64,000 bases of DNA from Antedon mediterranea. Lineage: Eukaryota > Animalia > Echinodermata. The notes below the pieces were generated by a model. That model made no database searches and had not been told where the DNA came from. It was given only the letters and a program-made list of their open reading frames with translations. Shown here in pieces: positions 1-13,300 of the stretch. The position numbers and the translations under genes were made by a program. Location of the stretch: the NCBI RefSeq assembly GCF_964355755.1, contig NC_092678.1, forward strand, positions 12,088,352 to 12,152,351, given 5' to 3'. How positions within the stretch are numbered: position 1 is the first letter of the stretch; the number at the start of each line of letters is the position of its first letter.

Positions 1-282
1 AAAAAAAACCCCAAAACACTTTATATTATAATAATTTACCGGTAAGTACAAACGTTAAAAATGCTGACCATTATCCTTGATTGAGCTAGCTTTACCAAAC
101 TATTATTTCTAGACATGTGATACATATTTTTATGTTTAAATTAACTATTACACTTTGTATTCTCTCTAGAAAGAAGAAGAAACGACAAAGAGGGTTCTGA
201 TAGAATTTGTGATGATTTTGTAGAGTTTCACAATTGTATCTGGTAGTTTACAGACAGTTGCTTTCTACTAACAATGCAACCT

Positions 283-394
283 TAAAGCTTGTTTCCCACA
301 CATCTAATTTGACCAACCAATATTAACAAGATGGATCACCCAAACTGTCACTTGTGATTAGTCAATACGTCATTGTGGATGGGTTATAAGCTTA
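283..394. mobile_element. Degenerate small palindromic MITE (same family as 16177-16328 and 46684-46862)
   Basis: taaagcttgtttccca...aagctta ends and a shared core ttgaccaa...cttgtgatt. Confidence 0.45.
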
Positions 395-1226
395 AGGGAA
401 GGGCAAGATAAACTATAAACCTACCGGATGATATGTATGATATATATGTGTGAACGAGCAAGCTAAAACATGATTGATGACTAAACAAAAATTGTGTATT
501 TACAAATAATTAAACTAAATATATATTTTCTATAACTCCATTTCAATGTACAGTAATTGCTTTCAAATGTGAAGGAAATATCACCACATCTCATGCATAG
601 ATTGATTCCATCTTTGGTATTACCATTCTCAAGGTGTTTCCACACAGAGTCAATTGCAGTAAAAATGATTAATGCAAACAAAGTAAGGTGAGTTCCTACT
701 GATGAAATGGTAAAATTTGCAATACTTGCACTTCATCCAAAAAAACTTTTTGTGTTATTTTGGACGCGAAGTAAACAATTATAAATGACATTGTACCCTT
801 GATGATGTAAGAAGTTCAATAGATTAAAATATTATGTGACCCACAATCCTCAAATCAAATGACAAGAATCTACTTTAGGTGTGTTACAATTTAGGTTACA
901 ATATAAACATTTAATGAGCATTTGTAGGTAACCATACAGCTCTATTCAAGCAAGTTAATTCCAAATAAGGCAAGTGATGAGGAGCAGGCACTGAGGTCAA
1001 CCACCAATGATAAAAGATGAACATATTGTATGCAATAGCTTTAAAACACACTTAAGTACAAATGGGATAACAATCTGATCTAAGTAATGTAATAATTTTC
1101 TGATTTTAAATATTAATGGATTAAACCTATTAATAATACAGCAGCAACAAATGTATGTAAAGATTATCCACATGATAAATACAGTGTATCATCTTATCAT
1201 GTGTAGCTTGAACTGGTTCATCTCCT

Positions 1227-1391
1227 TCATGATTTCATCAGGATGATAAGTTTGTAGGAGAGAAGAACAATTTGGTGCCACAAAACGGTACCAATACCAA
1301 ACGCAAAGCACCACAACCACTGGTCTAAGTCAAGTGCTTCACAACCAAAACCATAGTTACTGAATTGGATAATTAACAATTGACAAAAAAT
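1227..1391 (-). CDS. PMCA-like last coding exon (TM9-TM10, stop)
   Basis: IFCQLLIIQFSNYGFGCEALDLDQWLWCFAFGIGTVLWHQIVLLSYKLIILMKS*; TGA at 1227-1229. Confidence 0.85.
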   Translation of the reverse strand: MFCQLLIIQFSNYGFGCEALDLDQWLWCFAFGIGTVLWHQIVLLSYKLIILMKS

Positions 1392-4300
1392 CTGAAAAGA
1401 AAAGTCAACATTATTTGTAAAAATGCTAAAATTAACAAACAAATCAAGTGACAATTATTCTACTGCAGTTATTGTTGCAGCAACTACATTTGTTGGATTG
1501 ACATTTTTTTGGTATAAATTTATATATTTATGAGGCAGCCAATGCAATAAACAGTGTGTATGGTTACTTACTCCATCATGTCATGATTGGTCAAATTACT
1601 TGTGGTGCACTTTGGGCCATGGCTTATGTTGAGGCTTCATTTGAGGCTTAGGGAGTGGAGTTGAAAGGGAGTTACAACCCTGGAACTACTCTAGGTCAGG
1701 ATTGAACCCTGGAACTACTGTGGGTCAGGATTGAACCCTGGAACTACTGTGGGTCAGGATTGAACCTTGGAACTACTGTGGGTCAGGATTAAACCCTGGA
1801 ACTACTGTGGGTTCAGGATTGAACCCTGGAACTACTGTGGGTCACGATTGAACCCTGGAACTACTGTGGGTCACGATTGAACCCTGGATTTTGGGATAGG
1901 AGGCAAGCATGTTAACCACCAAGCTAAGCTCAGTTGACATACAAATAATGATAGGAAAAGAGATTCAGTGTTGATTGTGATATCATCAATTATTAAATTT
2001 ACATTTTTAAAACCATACAGCAAGATATCAGACTTAATGATGACCAACAAATATATAACATTTTGATGGCAGTAAGAAAGAATAGAGTTATATGCATCCT
2101 GAATTTGTTTTCCTACGCTCAAAGAGTTATTATAAAAAAAAATTCTCACCTCGCCTACGTATACCAGTGATCTCATCTGCAAAAGACCATCATATACCTG
2201 CTGCTGACTGTGAACTTTGCGTTCATTCAATTGATTAAAAATTTGCATTAAGATAAAGACATTGAAAACCATAGTCATATGTTGAGTAGGAAATGTAGAT
2301 GGACTTCGTTCTTGGCCATCATCAATGTCAAAGAAGTCGGCACCTAGAAATAGATTCTTATAATTAGAACATTAAAAACATAATACTGTTCTTCAATAAT
2401 TAAACACCTAGTGATCAGTAGAAGTTTTATGGTGTACATACACATATTTGTTGGTACCTAAACTACTCAGCTGGTCTACCTGTCAATGAAATACAAACAA
2501 TACTATTCAATTGTTGTAAATCTATTAATAAATTTATGCTTTTATATACTTTTGAAGAAAAAAAATCATAATTACATGCAATGATGTACTGTTTTAGAAC
2601 ATACAGTAGATAGAGACACATGTACAAAATCAAACCATAAATAATTGTAATAATCTGAATTGAATTAATTATTAAGAAATGTGTGTAACTACTTTTCTCA
2701 ATCACAGTGACAACAGTTTTTCAAATGTACATAGTCTTTGTTGTGCAACAGCACAGTTTATTTCATTGAAATTGTTAAGTGTTATAAGCATACAAATAAA
2801 ATATAATTTATGATAAACTAATAAACCGAAAAAAATAAAGAACCAAAGTTTGAGTACCGTGAAGGCTAATTCATGTAAAAAAAAGAAAAATTATAATGGG
2901 AGTCTTACCTTTATATATGAAGACAAGAATGACAGCTAATTGGTAAATAAAATGAGAAATAGTTGTAACAACAAACAAAGGTGAAACTATGTGATTATCT
3001 GAACCAGCAGCTTTGTATTTCAAGATGTGACGTGTTGGTTTATCAGCCAATAAGATGATAGATACATTAACTAATAAATATGACCACAATACTTGGATGG
3101 CTCTGATTGGGCTATTCTACAAAAACAAATTTTAAAAAAATATTTAAAATTTCTTATTTATTATACAGTAAAGCATAAAAGATATATTAACCACCTAAAA
3201 CATATAATTAAAAATATTGAGTTTGTAATATATAGTATACAACAATATTGGGTCAGGTGGCTACGAGTGGTTACACAAGGGGTTCCGCAATGATTTTTCT
3301 GGAGGTATAACAAGTTTTAAGGCAACCTGAAGTAGATAATACTTTAACAGTAAAGACATTCACATTAGAATTGCATACCAACAGAAGAATTCAAATGGTG
3401 AATGAAGCAATGGTGTATGAACATTATTAATTAAACAGTACAGTATAAATTAAACAGTACAAAATTAAACAGTACAGTATAAATTAAACAGTACAGTATA
3501 AATTAAACAGTACAGTATTAATTAAACAGTACAGTATAAATTAAACAGTACAGTATTAATTAAACAGTACAGTATTAATTAAACAGTACAGTATTAATTA
3601 AACAGTACAGTATTAATTAAACAGTACAGTATTAATTAAACAGTACACTCTACACACTGACTTTGTCGTGAGCGGTTGTGTTTACTCGGACCTCTCTCTA
3701 GGCCTCAAAAGTACTCTGGCAGTCTAGGCTATACCGGGGCAAACAGAATTTTTAACCACTTCGCATTGGTGGCTCAGGGGCACTCCCTAAGCCTAAGTAA
3801 AACAACGAAACCAATTGGTGGATTAATGGCCTTTTAATTGCGGTTTACTCTTCGCATCGTAGTACTTCAACTACACAACGAAGCCATTTGGTGGATTATC
3901 AACGCTTTGTTAGTCTACGGTATCAGCAAGGTAAGCGTATTGACTTCTCACACCTGAAACCAGGAAAAAATGTACACAACCAAAGATTAACATTTTCCGA
4001 CGAAGCCTTTTGGTGGATAACTTTTCTGTTATCTTATCGGATGAATCGTTTTTTGATGTTTCTATTTTCACTTTTAACATTAACTGTATCGGTATTTTAT
4101 ATACCATTGGGTTGCTGAATTCTTGGAATTCCATTTGATTGAATTGTGGATACGCTTACAATTGTATTTTGTAACGTGGACGGATACAGACGTGCTCAAC
4201 GCGAGCTATTTTTCGAGCGACGCGATATTTTTGCTGGACAGATACGGCATACAGGTAACCTTCCAATATGACTTTTAAGTTTTAGTATGGCTTCCTTTAT

Positions 4301-7300
4301 TATCCATGCATCAGTGCTTGTTCTTTTGATTAACAATGTGAAACATTTTCAACTTGTTGACCAATTTTTTAACGCAACCGCCGAAGAGAGATACGACATA
4401 TCAGCCATTTTTACCAGGTGCAAACATTCCAACGCTAACTTTGCGGTCGCTGCAACAAGTGTCATTTTTGTATCGCCTGCCTATATTTACAGTTCCGGAA
4501 ATTATCAAACAAGGAAAAATACGTCCCACATACACCGGACTTTTGATCTTAGATGGAAAGGCTTACTCTTTGCTATCTTGCTTAAATGTGGTGATATTTC
4601 TCCAAACCCGGGACCCGGAATCCATCTCAATATGGAGGAAGACTTCAAGGTTTTTAAAGAAAAGGGCCTTCACTTCATCCATCTTAACGTAAGGTCAATA
4701 CTGCCAAAGATGTCTGAACTCCGCCTTCTCGCAATAAAAACCAATGCAGCCGGTATCTCTATATGTGAAACTATGTTGGATAACACTGTTCCTGATGCGG
4801 AGCTCAACATTGAAGGATACAACGTTTTCCGTCGAGATCGAAATCGGTCTGGAGGAGGTGTTTGTTTTTTTGTCAAGGAAAGACTATCTATACGCGAACG
4901 CCGGGACCTGGATTCTGAAAGTATTGAATCAATTTGGATGGAAATTTTGCTTCCGAGGACACGTCCTATTGTTGTTGGATCAATTTATCGTCCACCAAGT
5001 CAATCATATAAGCTATTTATTGACTCGTTTGAAAATATATTGGCTGCTATTCGACCAGATGTCGAAGTTATTGTCCTTGGTGACTTCAATATTAATTTGA
5101 AAAATGAATCTGCATCAATATACAAAATGTTAGAAACAACTCTTGAAACTTTTAGCTTTACCCATCTGATAAAGAAACCAACTCGAATTACTAAGAATAC
5201 ATCAACAGTTTTAGATATTATCATATGTAACCATTCGCAAAAAATTTTGCAATCGGGTGTCATCCATGTAGGCATTAGTGACCACAGCCTAACGTTTTGT
5301 ACTCGTAAATCTTTAAAATATAAATTTAACCAACACAAAACTATCAAAATTCGTTCACTTAAGAACTACGATGTTAATATTTTTAATGAGCAATTAACAC
5401 AATCTGATTGGTCGCCTGTTCTCGATTCATCAGATGTGGACTTTGCCTGGTGCTCTTTTAAAAAAATATTTTTGTCTCTTATAAACAGAATGGCTCCTCT
5501 CAAACAGGTGCGCCTAAAACAAAAATCTGAAGAGTGGATGACACCGGAAATATTAAGTGCCATAAAAGAAAGAGACTCACTATTAAATAAGTTCAAGAAT
5601 AACCCAAATAGGCCAGACCTTTACGATGCATTTCGTAAGTTGCGTAATCGCATACAAAAGGACATAAAGAAAGCAAAATCTGAATGTTTTTTAAATAAGG
5701 TAGAAAGAAGTTAACAAAAATAATCCAAATAAACTCTGGAAATGCCTTAAAGATTTGGGATATAAAAATAAGCCACAAAAGGGTAGCACTATTTCGTTAG
5801 ATGTTAATGGGAATCTTTGCCATAATGAAAGCGAAGTTTCAAATTATTTCAATAAATACTTCGCAAATATTGCTTCCGATTTAATGAAGAAATTGCCTTC
5901 TCCCAGTAACCTTTTTAGTGTGGGTTCGAATGCCTTTAAAAATTACTATAATAGCAAAATCAAACATGTTTCTGGTTTTTCTCTCGAAGAAATTGACGAG
6001 AGCCTTATCGAAGAGGAATTGAGAAATCTCAACCCATCTAAAAGCGTAGGCCTTGATCAGATTCCTGCAAAATTTCTTAGAGACGGAGCTCCTAATATTA
6101 AAATACCAATAACACATATAATTAACCTCTCCATTAAATACGAACGTATTCCCTCGGATTTTAAACTCGCAAAAGTCACGCCCCTTCATAAAAAGAATTC
6201 CAGAACTGAGGCTAACAATTACAGATCTATAAGCATTCTCTCCTCAGTTTCGACAATTCTGGAGAAGGTGGTATATATACAAGTTTCCGATTACCTTGAA
6301 AGGAATCAACTTATCTACGATCATCAATCCGGTTTTCGTAGATCTTTTTCTACCGACACATGTCTTATTCATCTTAGAGATCACCTTAGAGTTCAAATGT
6401 CAAATGGTTTTTTTACGGGTATGGTTTTACTCGATGTCCAAAAGGCCTTTGACTCGGTCAATCATGATATTTTGTGTAAAAAACTTAAGTATCTAGGATG
6501 CTGGTCTATCGGTTGGTTTCAAGCGTACCTGTCTGGGCGAAATCAGATTGTCGATATTAAAGGTACCAAATCGGACTCTATTGAGATTGGATGTGGAGTC
6601 CCCCAGGGTAGCCTTTTGGGTCCTCTCTTGTTTCTTATTTACGTGAATGACCTACCATCTAGTATCGAAAGTGATTGTAAAGTTGTTTTGTACGCTGACG
6701 ATTGTGCTATTTTTTACTCCCATAAAGATCCAATCTCAATCCAATCTAAACTCCAAAACAATCTCGTATCATGCAATAATTGGCTGATCGACAATCAACT
6801 TTCGCTTCATATGGGTAAGACCGAATGCATCCTGTTTGGTTCTAAACGTAGATTAAGCAAAGTAAACGAATTCTATATTGATTGCTTTGGAACGACTATA
6901 AATGGATCAAAATCTATCAAATATCTTGGTATTGAGATTGACCAAAATGTATCAGGTGACGTCATTGCCCGCTCTGTTATAAACAAAGCAAACGGCAGAC
7001 TGAAATTTCTGTACCGACAATCATCATTTCTTAATTCACATTGTCGCAAAATTCTTAGTTTTGCTTTAATCCAACCGATGTTCGATTATTCGGTTTGCTC
7101 ATGGTCTTCTACGGTAAATAAAAATTTAAAATCAAAATTACAAACGACTCAAAACAAAATGGTTCGTTTTATAAAAAAGTTAGGTCCCCGATCTCATGTT
7201 GGTCAATCTCAGCTAAACGACGTTGGTATGTTAAAAGTCCAAGACCGTGTCGAATTTCTTAGAGTCTGTCATGTTTTTAAAATATATAATCATTGTTGTC

Positions 7301-10300
7301 CACCTTATTTATGCAATCGTTTTATTAGAATTTCAGACAGTCATAATTACAATACTAGGGGATGCAATTTTAATTTTAGAATCCCAACTATCAAGCCAAT
7401 GGCACATGTGACCTTTTTTTACAATGCTATTAAAGAATGGAATAATTTACCAATTAACATTAAGGAATCACAAACTGATTGTTGTTTTAAAAGTAAAGTT
7501 AAAAAGTATCTACAGGAACGTTCACTAGCTCTAGAAACTATTTAATTAGCGCTTCTTCTTTTTTCGATTGTCCTTTTTTGCTGTTTTTTGTAATTTTTAT
7601 ATGTTGCATTGTTTGTCTTTTTTGCTGTTCTTTCAAAGGACCTCATTGGAAACAAGTCCGTAGAGGACTTTTATGAGTTATCCTTGGCATCCTTGTTTTA
7701 TTTTGGTATTTTTATATTTGCCAATTTTAATTGTATGTCTGTGATATTTTATGTACTGATGCCGAAATAAATCAAATCAAATCAATCAAATATTAATTAA
7801 ACAGTACAGTATTAATTAAACAGAATAGTATTAATTAAACAGTACAGTATTAATTAACAGTACAGTATTAATCAAACAGTACAGTATTAATTAAACAGTG
7901 GGTGAGACCATTTCAAGTCGGTGAGACCATATCGACTAATTAGATGGTTTTTATCAATCTTTGATCATCACACTATTATCTCAGGAAATCGGAAATAAAC
8001 TATATAAATATAACCCTCACAGTGCGCTGACAATGGTTGCAAAAGTAAAAACACTAAATATCTCAACAAGTCTATAATCAAAAGAATACAAAAATCTACT
8101 TACTGAAAAAGTACAAGCTCCAATAAAGGCAACAAGTGATGTTATCATACCCCTGACTAACAGAGATTGCACGAACTTGACAACACCATCCCAGATATTG
8201 CGCCCCCACATGATGGCCTGTCGAATACTATAAATACTATCATCTTTTAATATGACGTCTGCAGCCGTTTTAGCTTCTACAGAACCAATATTTCCCTAAA
8301 CAAAAACAAACAATTTCAAAATGAGTAGAGAATTTACTATATAACTATCGTGACATACAAAATTGTTAAATCAGTAATTAAAATGCTTAAAATCACGTAA
8401 ATCCGATGAAAATGTCTAGAAAAATTAATTCTTATTTCATAAAAAAAGAAATGAGGTGGGCTTACAAGAGCAATGCCTAAATCAGCTTCTGCTAGGGTAT
8501 CCTCGTCCCCTATGTAGCGTCCAGTGACTGCAACTAGTTGCGGTTGAAGATTCTTTGGAGCTGCAGATATGCCTTTAGCAAGTACTTGTTTGTCGTCTGG
8601 ATGGGCCCCACCTAGTACACCTAGCGATGGCCATGTCTTGTGAAATTCATCATCTTTAATCTAAATAATAATTAATAATAACAATCACAATTTATTTTTT
8701 AAATCTATCATCTAATATCCTTTTCCAATCTGCCTAAAGTATTACAACTTTTAACAAGTTGTAACCAGGTTTGCTCTCCTGATTTATTAAACGTCTTCAT
8801 ACATACATACATACAGTAAAAAATATCTGGAGAAAAGCGTAGTTGCACGCTATTTGATTATGATTGGTCAATTATAATACTATAGCATTACACATGCACT
8901 CAGGGCAACAACTTGGGACATCTTAGAACAAAACACAGGCATCTCATCTTCGCACTATGTAAACCTGGTTTAATACAAGTTTTTACAAGTTGAATTTTGC
9001 AGGTGTGAAAAGGGTATAAGAAATGAAACCTTTTATAATCTATGCAATTGCTTACCAATTGAGATTCATCCCCATACATAATAGATGAAGCAGATGGTGA
9101 AGTCTGGAAATAAAACATGAGAAACTTTAAATAAATAGGGCACACATACTCTACATACTATACAAAACAAAATATTCTGAATACCTCACAAACAAACAAC
9201 GCAACTCAATGTTTTTTTGCTATGTTGATGAGGAGGAGGTACTAAAAGTTATTGAATCTCTCGATTCAAACAAAGCCTCCGGATTTGATGACATTTCAGC
9301 TAAAGTTGTAAAGGAAGTAAAATACAATATTTTAAAGCCGCTGACATATATTTTTAATTTATCACTTCAAACTGGACTAATACCAGGGAAGTTGAAAATT
9401 TCCAAAGTAGTTCCCATACATAAAAAAGGGGACCGCCATTTGGCCTCAAACTATCGTCCCATATCGCTGTTGCCCATTTTTTCGAAAGTTTTTGAAAAGA
9501 TTATCCATAATCAATTATACAATTATCTTACAAAATGTAAAGTGTTAAGCAACAATCAATATGGATTTAGAAACAAACACTCAACTTCTCATGCTATGAT
9601 CGACTTGGTCCATAAAATATTAAATGCATTTGAAAAAAAGGAATATGCACTTACTACCTTTATGGATTTGTCAAAAGCGTTTGACATTATCGATCACAGT
9701 ATTCTGTTGAGCAAATTGGCGCATTATGGTATAAGAGGCATCGTTTTAATGTGGTTTAGAAACTATTTAAGTGGCCGCAAACAATATGTTTATGCCAACG
9801 GTAGATCATCATGTTTAAAAGACACCAATATAGGGGTGCCACAGGGTTCTGTTTTAGGACCACTTTTGTTTTTAATTTACATCAATGATATAAGTCGAGC
9901 AAGTAGTAAAATAGATATAATTAGTTTTGCTGACGACACAACTTGTATAACAAGGGGAGATGACCCTACAATGTTAAACCATACTATGAATATTGAACTA
10001 GAAAAAATAAACGTATGGCTTAAAGCAAATAAGCTGTTACTGAATGTCAGCAAAACTAATTACGTTGTTTTTAGAACTAGCCAAAAGAACTTTGACAAAA
10101 ACCAGTTTAAAATAAAAATGAATAATGTGTTATTACATAGAAAAGAAAATGTGACATTTCTAGGTGTAATGTTAAACGAAAATCTTAACTGGAAACATCA
10201 CATACATACAGCTTATTAGGAAAAAAATGTCTAGGGCAATTGGTATACTTTTAAAAGTAAGAGAATTCTTTCCTCATAAAGTCCGTATTAGTCTTTATAA

Positions 10301-13300
10301 CACCTTAGTATTACCTCACCTTCAGTATGGTAACTTAATATGGGGAAATACATACAAGAGCACGTTAGAAGTAATACTAAAACTCCAAAAGAGAGCTGTA
10401 AAATGCATTACCTTCTCTAAATCCAGACAAGCCTCAGAGCCACTGTTTAAGAAACTAAAAATATTAAACGTTTATGATATTTACAAAGTAAACGTCATAG
10501 GATTTATGGCAAACGTAAAATTCAATGAATTACCACATCACATTTTAAATATTTTTAATTACTGTGACAGTATTAGGCCTACTCATAACCTCAGAACAGA
10601 AACTGAATTCGAAATTCCCTTCACAAGACTAACTTGCAGTCAACAGTTTATACACATATATGGACCAAAATTGTGGAAAGAATTCACTTGTAATGGTGGT
10701 AATAAACCGGTTATCTTAAAGAAACAAAATAAATGTATAAAAAAACAGGTTAAAAAATACTTTTTATCACTATATGCTGATTAACAACACCTTTGTTTAT
10801 TTAAGTTCTATATACTTGTTCTTATGTAAAAGGGTCCTACAAAAAAACGAAGCTATAGCTTTTTTATGCAGGATCCCTGTTCTCAGTTGTACTGTAATTA
10901 TGATGTACTGTAATTGATGACTAAATAAATGTGGAATAAAGTAAAGTAAATTTAAGAAGAGTTTTCTAAGAGCAGACACTATAGAAGACTATAGATCCGG
11001 AAATCTCTAGAAAACTCAGATTGGATCTAAAAAACTTGGATATATCTGAGTTTTCTAGACACCCATGATGCCAAACATCCAACAAAGTCACATTCACACT
11101 ACATTCAAGAGTAATTACCTTCAGTCTATCTCTCACACCTTTAACAAAGTCACACTCCCACACCTTTAACAAAGTCACATTCACACTACATTCAAAAATT
11201 AAAATTTACCATTTCAATTCCACGGATTTTATGATTAAATACTTCAGAATCCAGGCAGAGATCTTTGGGACTGCGGATGATTCCAGACTCTGCAGCTACA
11301 GCGCCTGCTGTCTGGAGGTCATCTCCTGTTACCATGGTAATCTTGATTCCACTACGCTGTAAATCCTTAACATACTTAGCAGCCTTAAAAAAAATTAAAA
11401 TATATTTAAAAAAGGTAAAGTATTATATTTTCCCCTTGATTTAAATGTCACATAATAAAATTTAAAAAAAAGGCTGACTTTATTTAATCTATATGTTTCA
11501 TGTTTTTGGGGACCCTACACCAATATACATTTACTATACTTACTTCTTTAAAGCAAGAATTATTTTATCAGGGATATTATTTTACTAATGAATGGGAATA
11601 TATTTCACTAAATGGGCAAGACAATTAATGCTTGCAAAAAAGGTTAGATGTGCTAGATATTAGATTTGAAAGATTTTTTGCAAGGAGATTAGGAGAAAAA
11701 CAATTTTTGTTACCAAGTCTGTCTGTCACCACAATGTTAAAATCACTAGCCTTCAAATAATATACAGTATTGTTTACATACTGTATGTCTTCCAATACCG
11801 GATCCTATGAAAACTGGAAACTTTACCAAACCCTGACTTTTCATGAGGTCCAAAAGATCCAATATTTTTTTAGCATTTAAAAAATGCTTAAGAATACTAG
11901 AGTTTCTGGCAAACTTGATTAAGCCAGACAGTATATGCACATTGTATTTTGTAATGAAGTTCTTTTATAACATAATAGGCAACTGTGCTATTTTATTTAG
12001 GATATAATGTTGTTTTTCCTACCTTTGGACGAACACGATCTGAAATCCCTAACAAAGCAACGCAAGTCAGCTTTGATAAGACATCATCCTCACGAGACAA
12101 ATCCACGCTGTCTTCTGTCTGATCGATGGCCATATCTCGATATGCTAAACATATCGTGCGAAGCTTCGATTTAGACATCTCTGTTATTTGCGATGCAAAG
12201 TGTGATTGAGTATCAGTGTCCAGAGGGCAGGCTACACCATCTGTGTCCAGGTAAAATGAGCACCTTTTAAGATAATAAAATATTAATTACATAGTTATAT
12301 CTGTATAGTAAAATCTAATTTTTAAACCAATTTAACAGTTATTCTAAATTTACATATTTTGATTTGATTTGGACAACATTTATTTAAGCAATAGATAATA
12401 ACAATTTAATAACTTTTACTGTAGTAATGTATGTTTGTTTCTATGTATACATCTGAGGCAGTCAATGAATAGTTACTTTTTTTTACTTGGAATGATTACT
12501 CAAACAAATCTCGATACTGTTAATAATCAGATAAACAAAATGTATTTCCTGCAGTAACTGCAGTAGATTAATTTTTACATGGTCCCTCCATATACATAAA
12601 AAGCTGCAAACCTTTTAAGTACTCGCTCCGCTGCTCCTTTGCAATAAACTCTGTTTCTGTTCAATTCTTCCTTACCAATCACACAACACATCATCTTCCT
12701 ACTTGTGTTAAAAGGATATACACGCATCACCTTCTCCTCTGGATTCGAATCCCGCAATGCTCTATAATGCCCACCAAGGATCTCCACAAGCTCCAGCAGA
12801 GCGCAGTCTATTCTGTCTCCAATATGTTGAAGTATACCATGATTCTCGACAGATATCTAGTTTGTGAATAAAGAAGAATATGATCAACGTTTAATGGTTC
12901 AACCAGCTTCTGTGATGCTAATATACTACTAACACTCGCGGAAAATACAGTAAAAATTCATTAATGAATTAACTTAAGTTAAAATGTTTTGAGAAACATT
13001 TATTTAAATCTGCACAAACATAAGCTATTTTTTATAGTGCGATAAATACAGTAAATAAGTCATAAATTGTAAAGCCCTTCTTTCAACAGCTTATAAAGTA
13101 AAACCTTAATTAAGGACTATCTCATTCAGGGAACACCCTAGAGGGACACTTAAATGTGAAATGAGGGGAATATACTTAAAATTATCCGTCCATATTAACC
13201 CTTTCACTGCGTATACCCGGTACTACCGGGTATAAACAGACGTCGTGAAATACGTATACCCGGTAATACCGGGTATGGGCAAAACAATGATTTAATCGTA

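Noticed and set aside
3888-4134. LINE ORF1
   Set aside because: Short ORFs with no recognisable RRM, zinc knuckle, PHD or esterase motif.
5701-5760. Programmed frameshift between LINE EN and RT
   Set aside because: These domains are normally one ORF and there is no clear slippery heptamer; a 1-bp indel is simpler.
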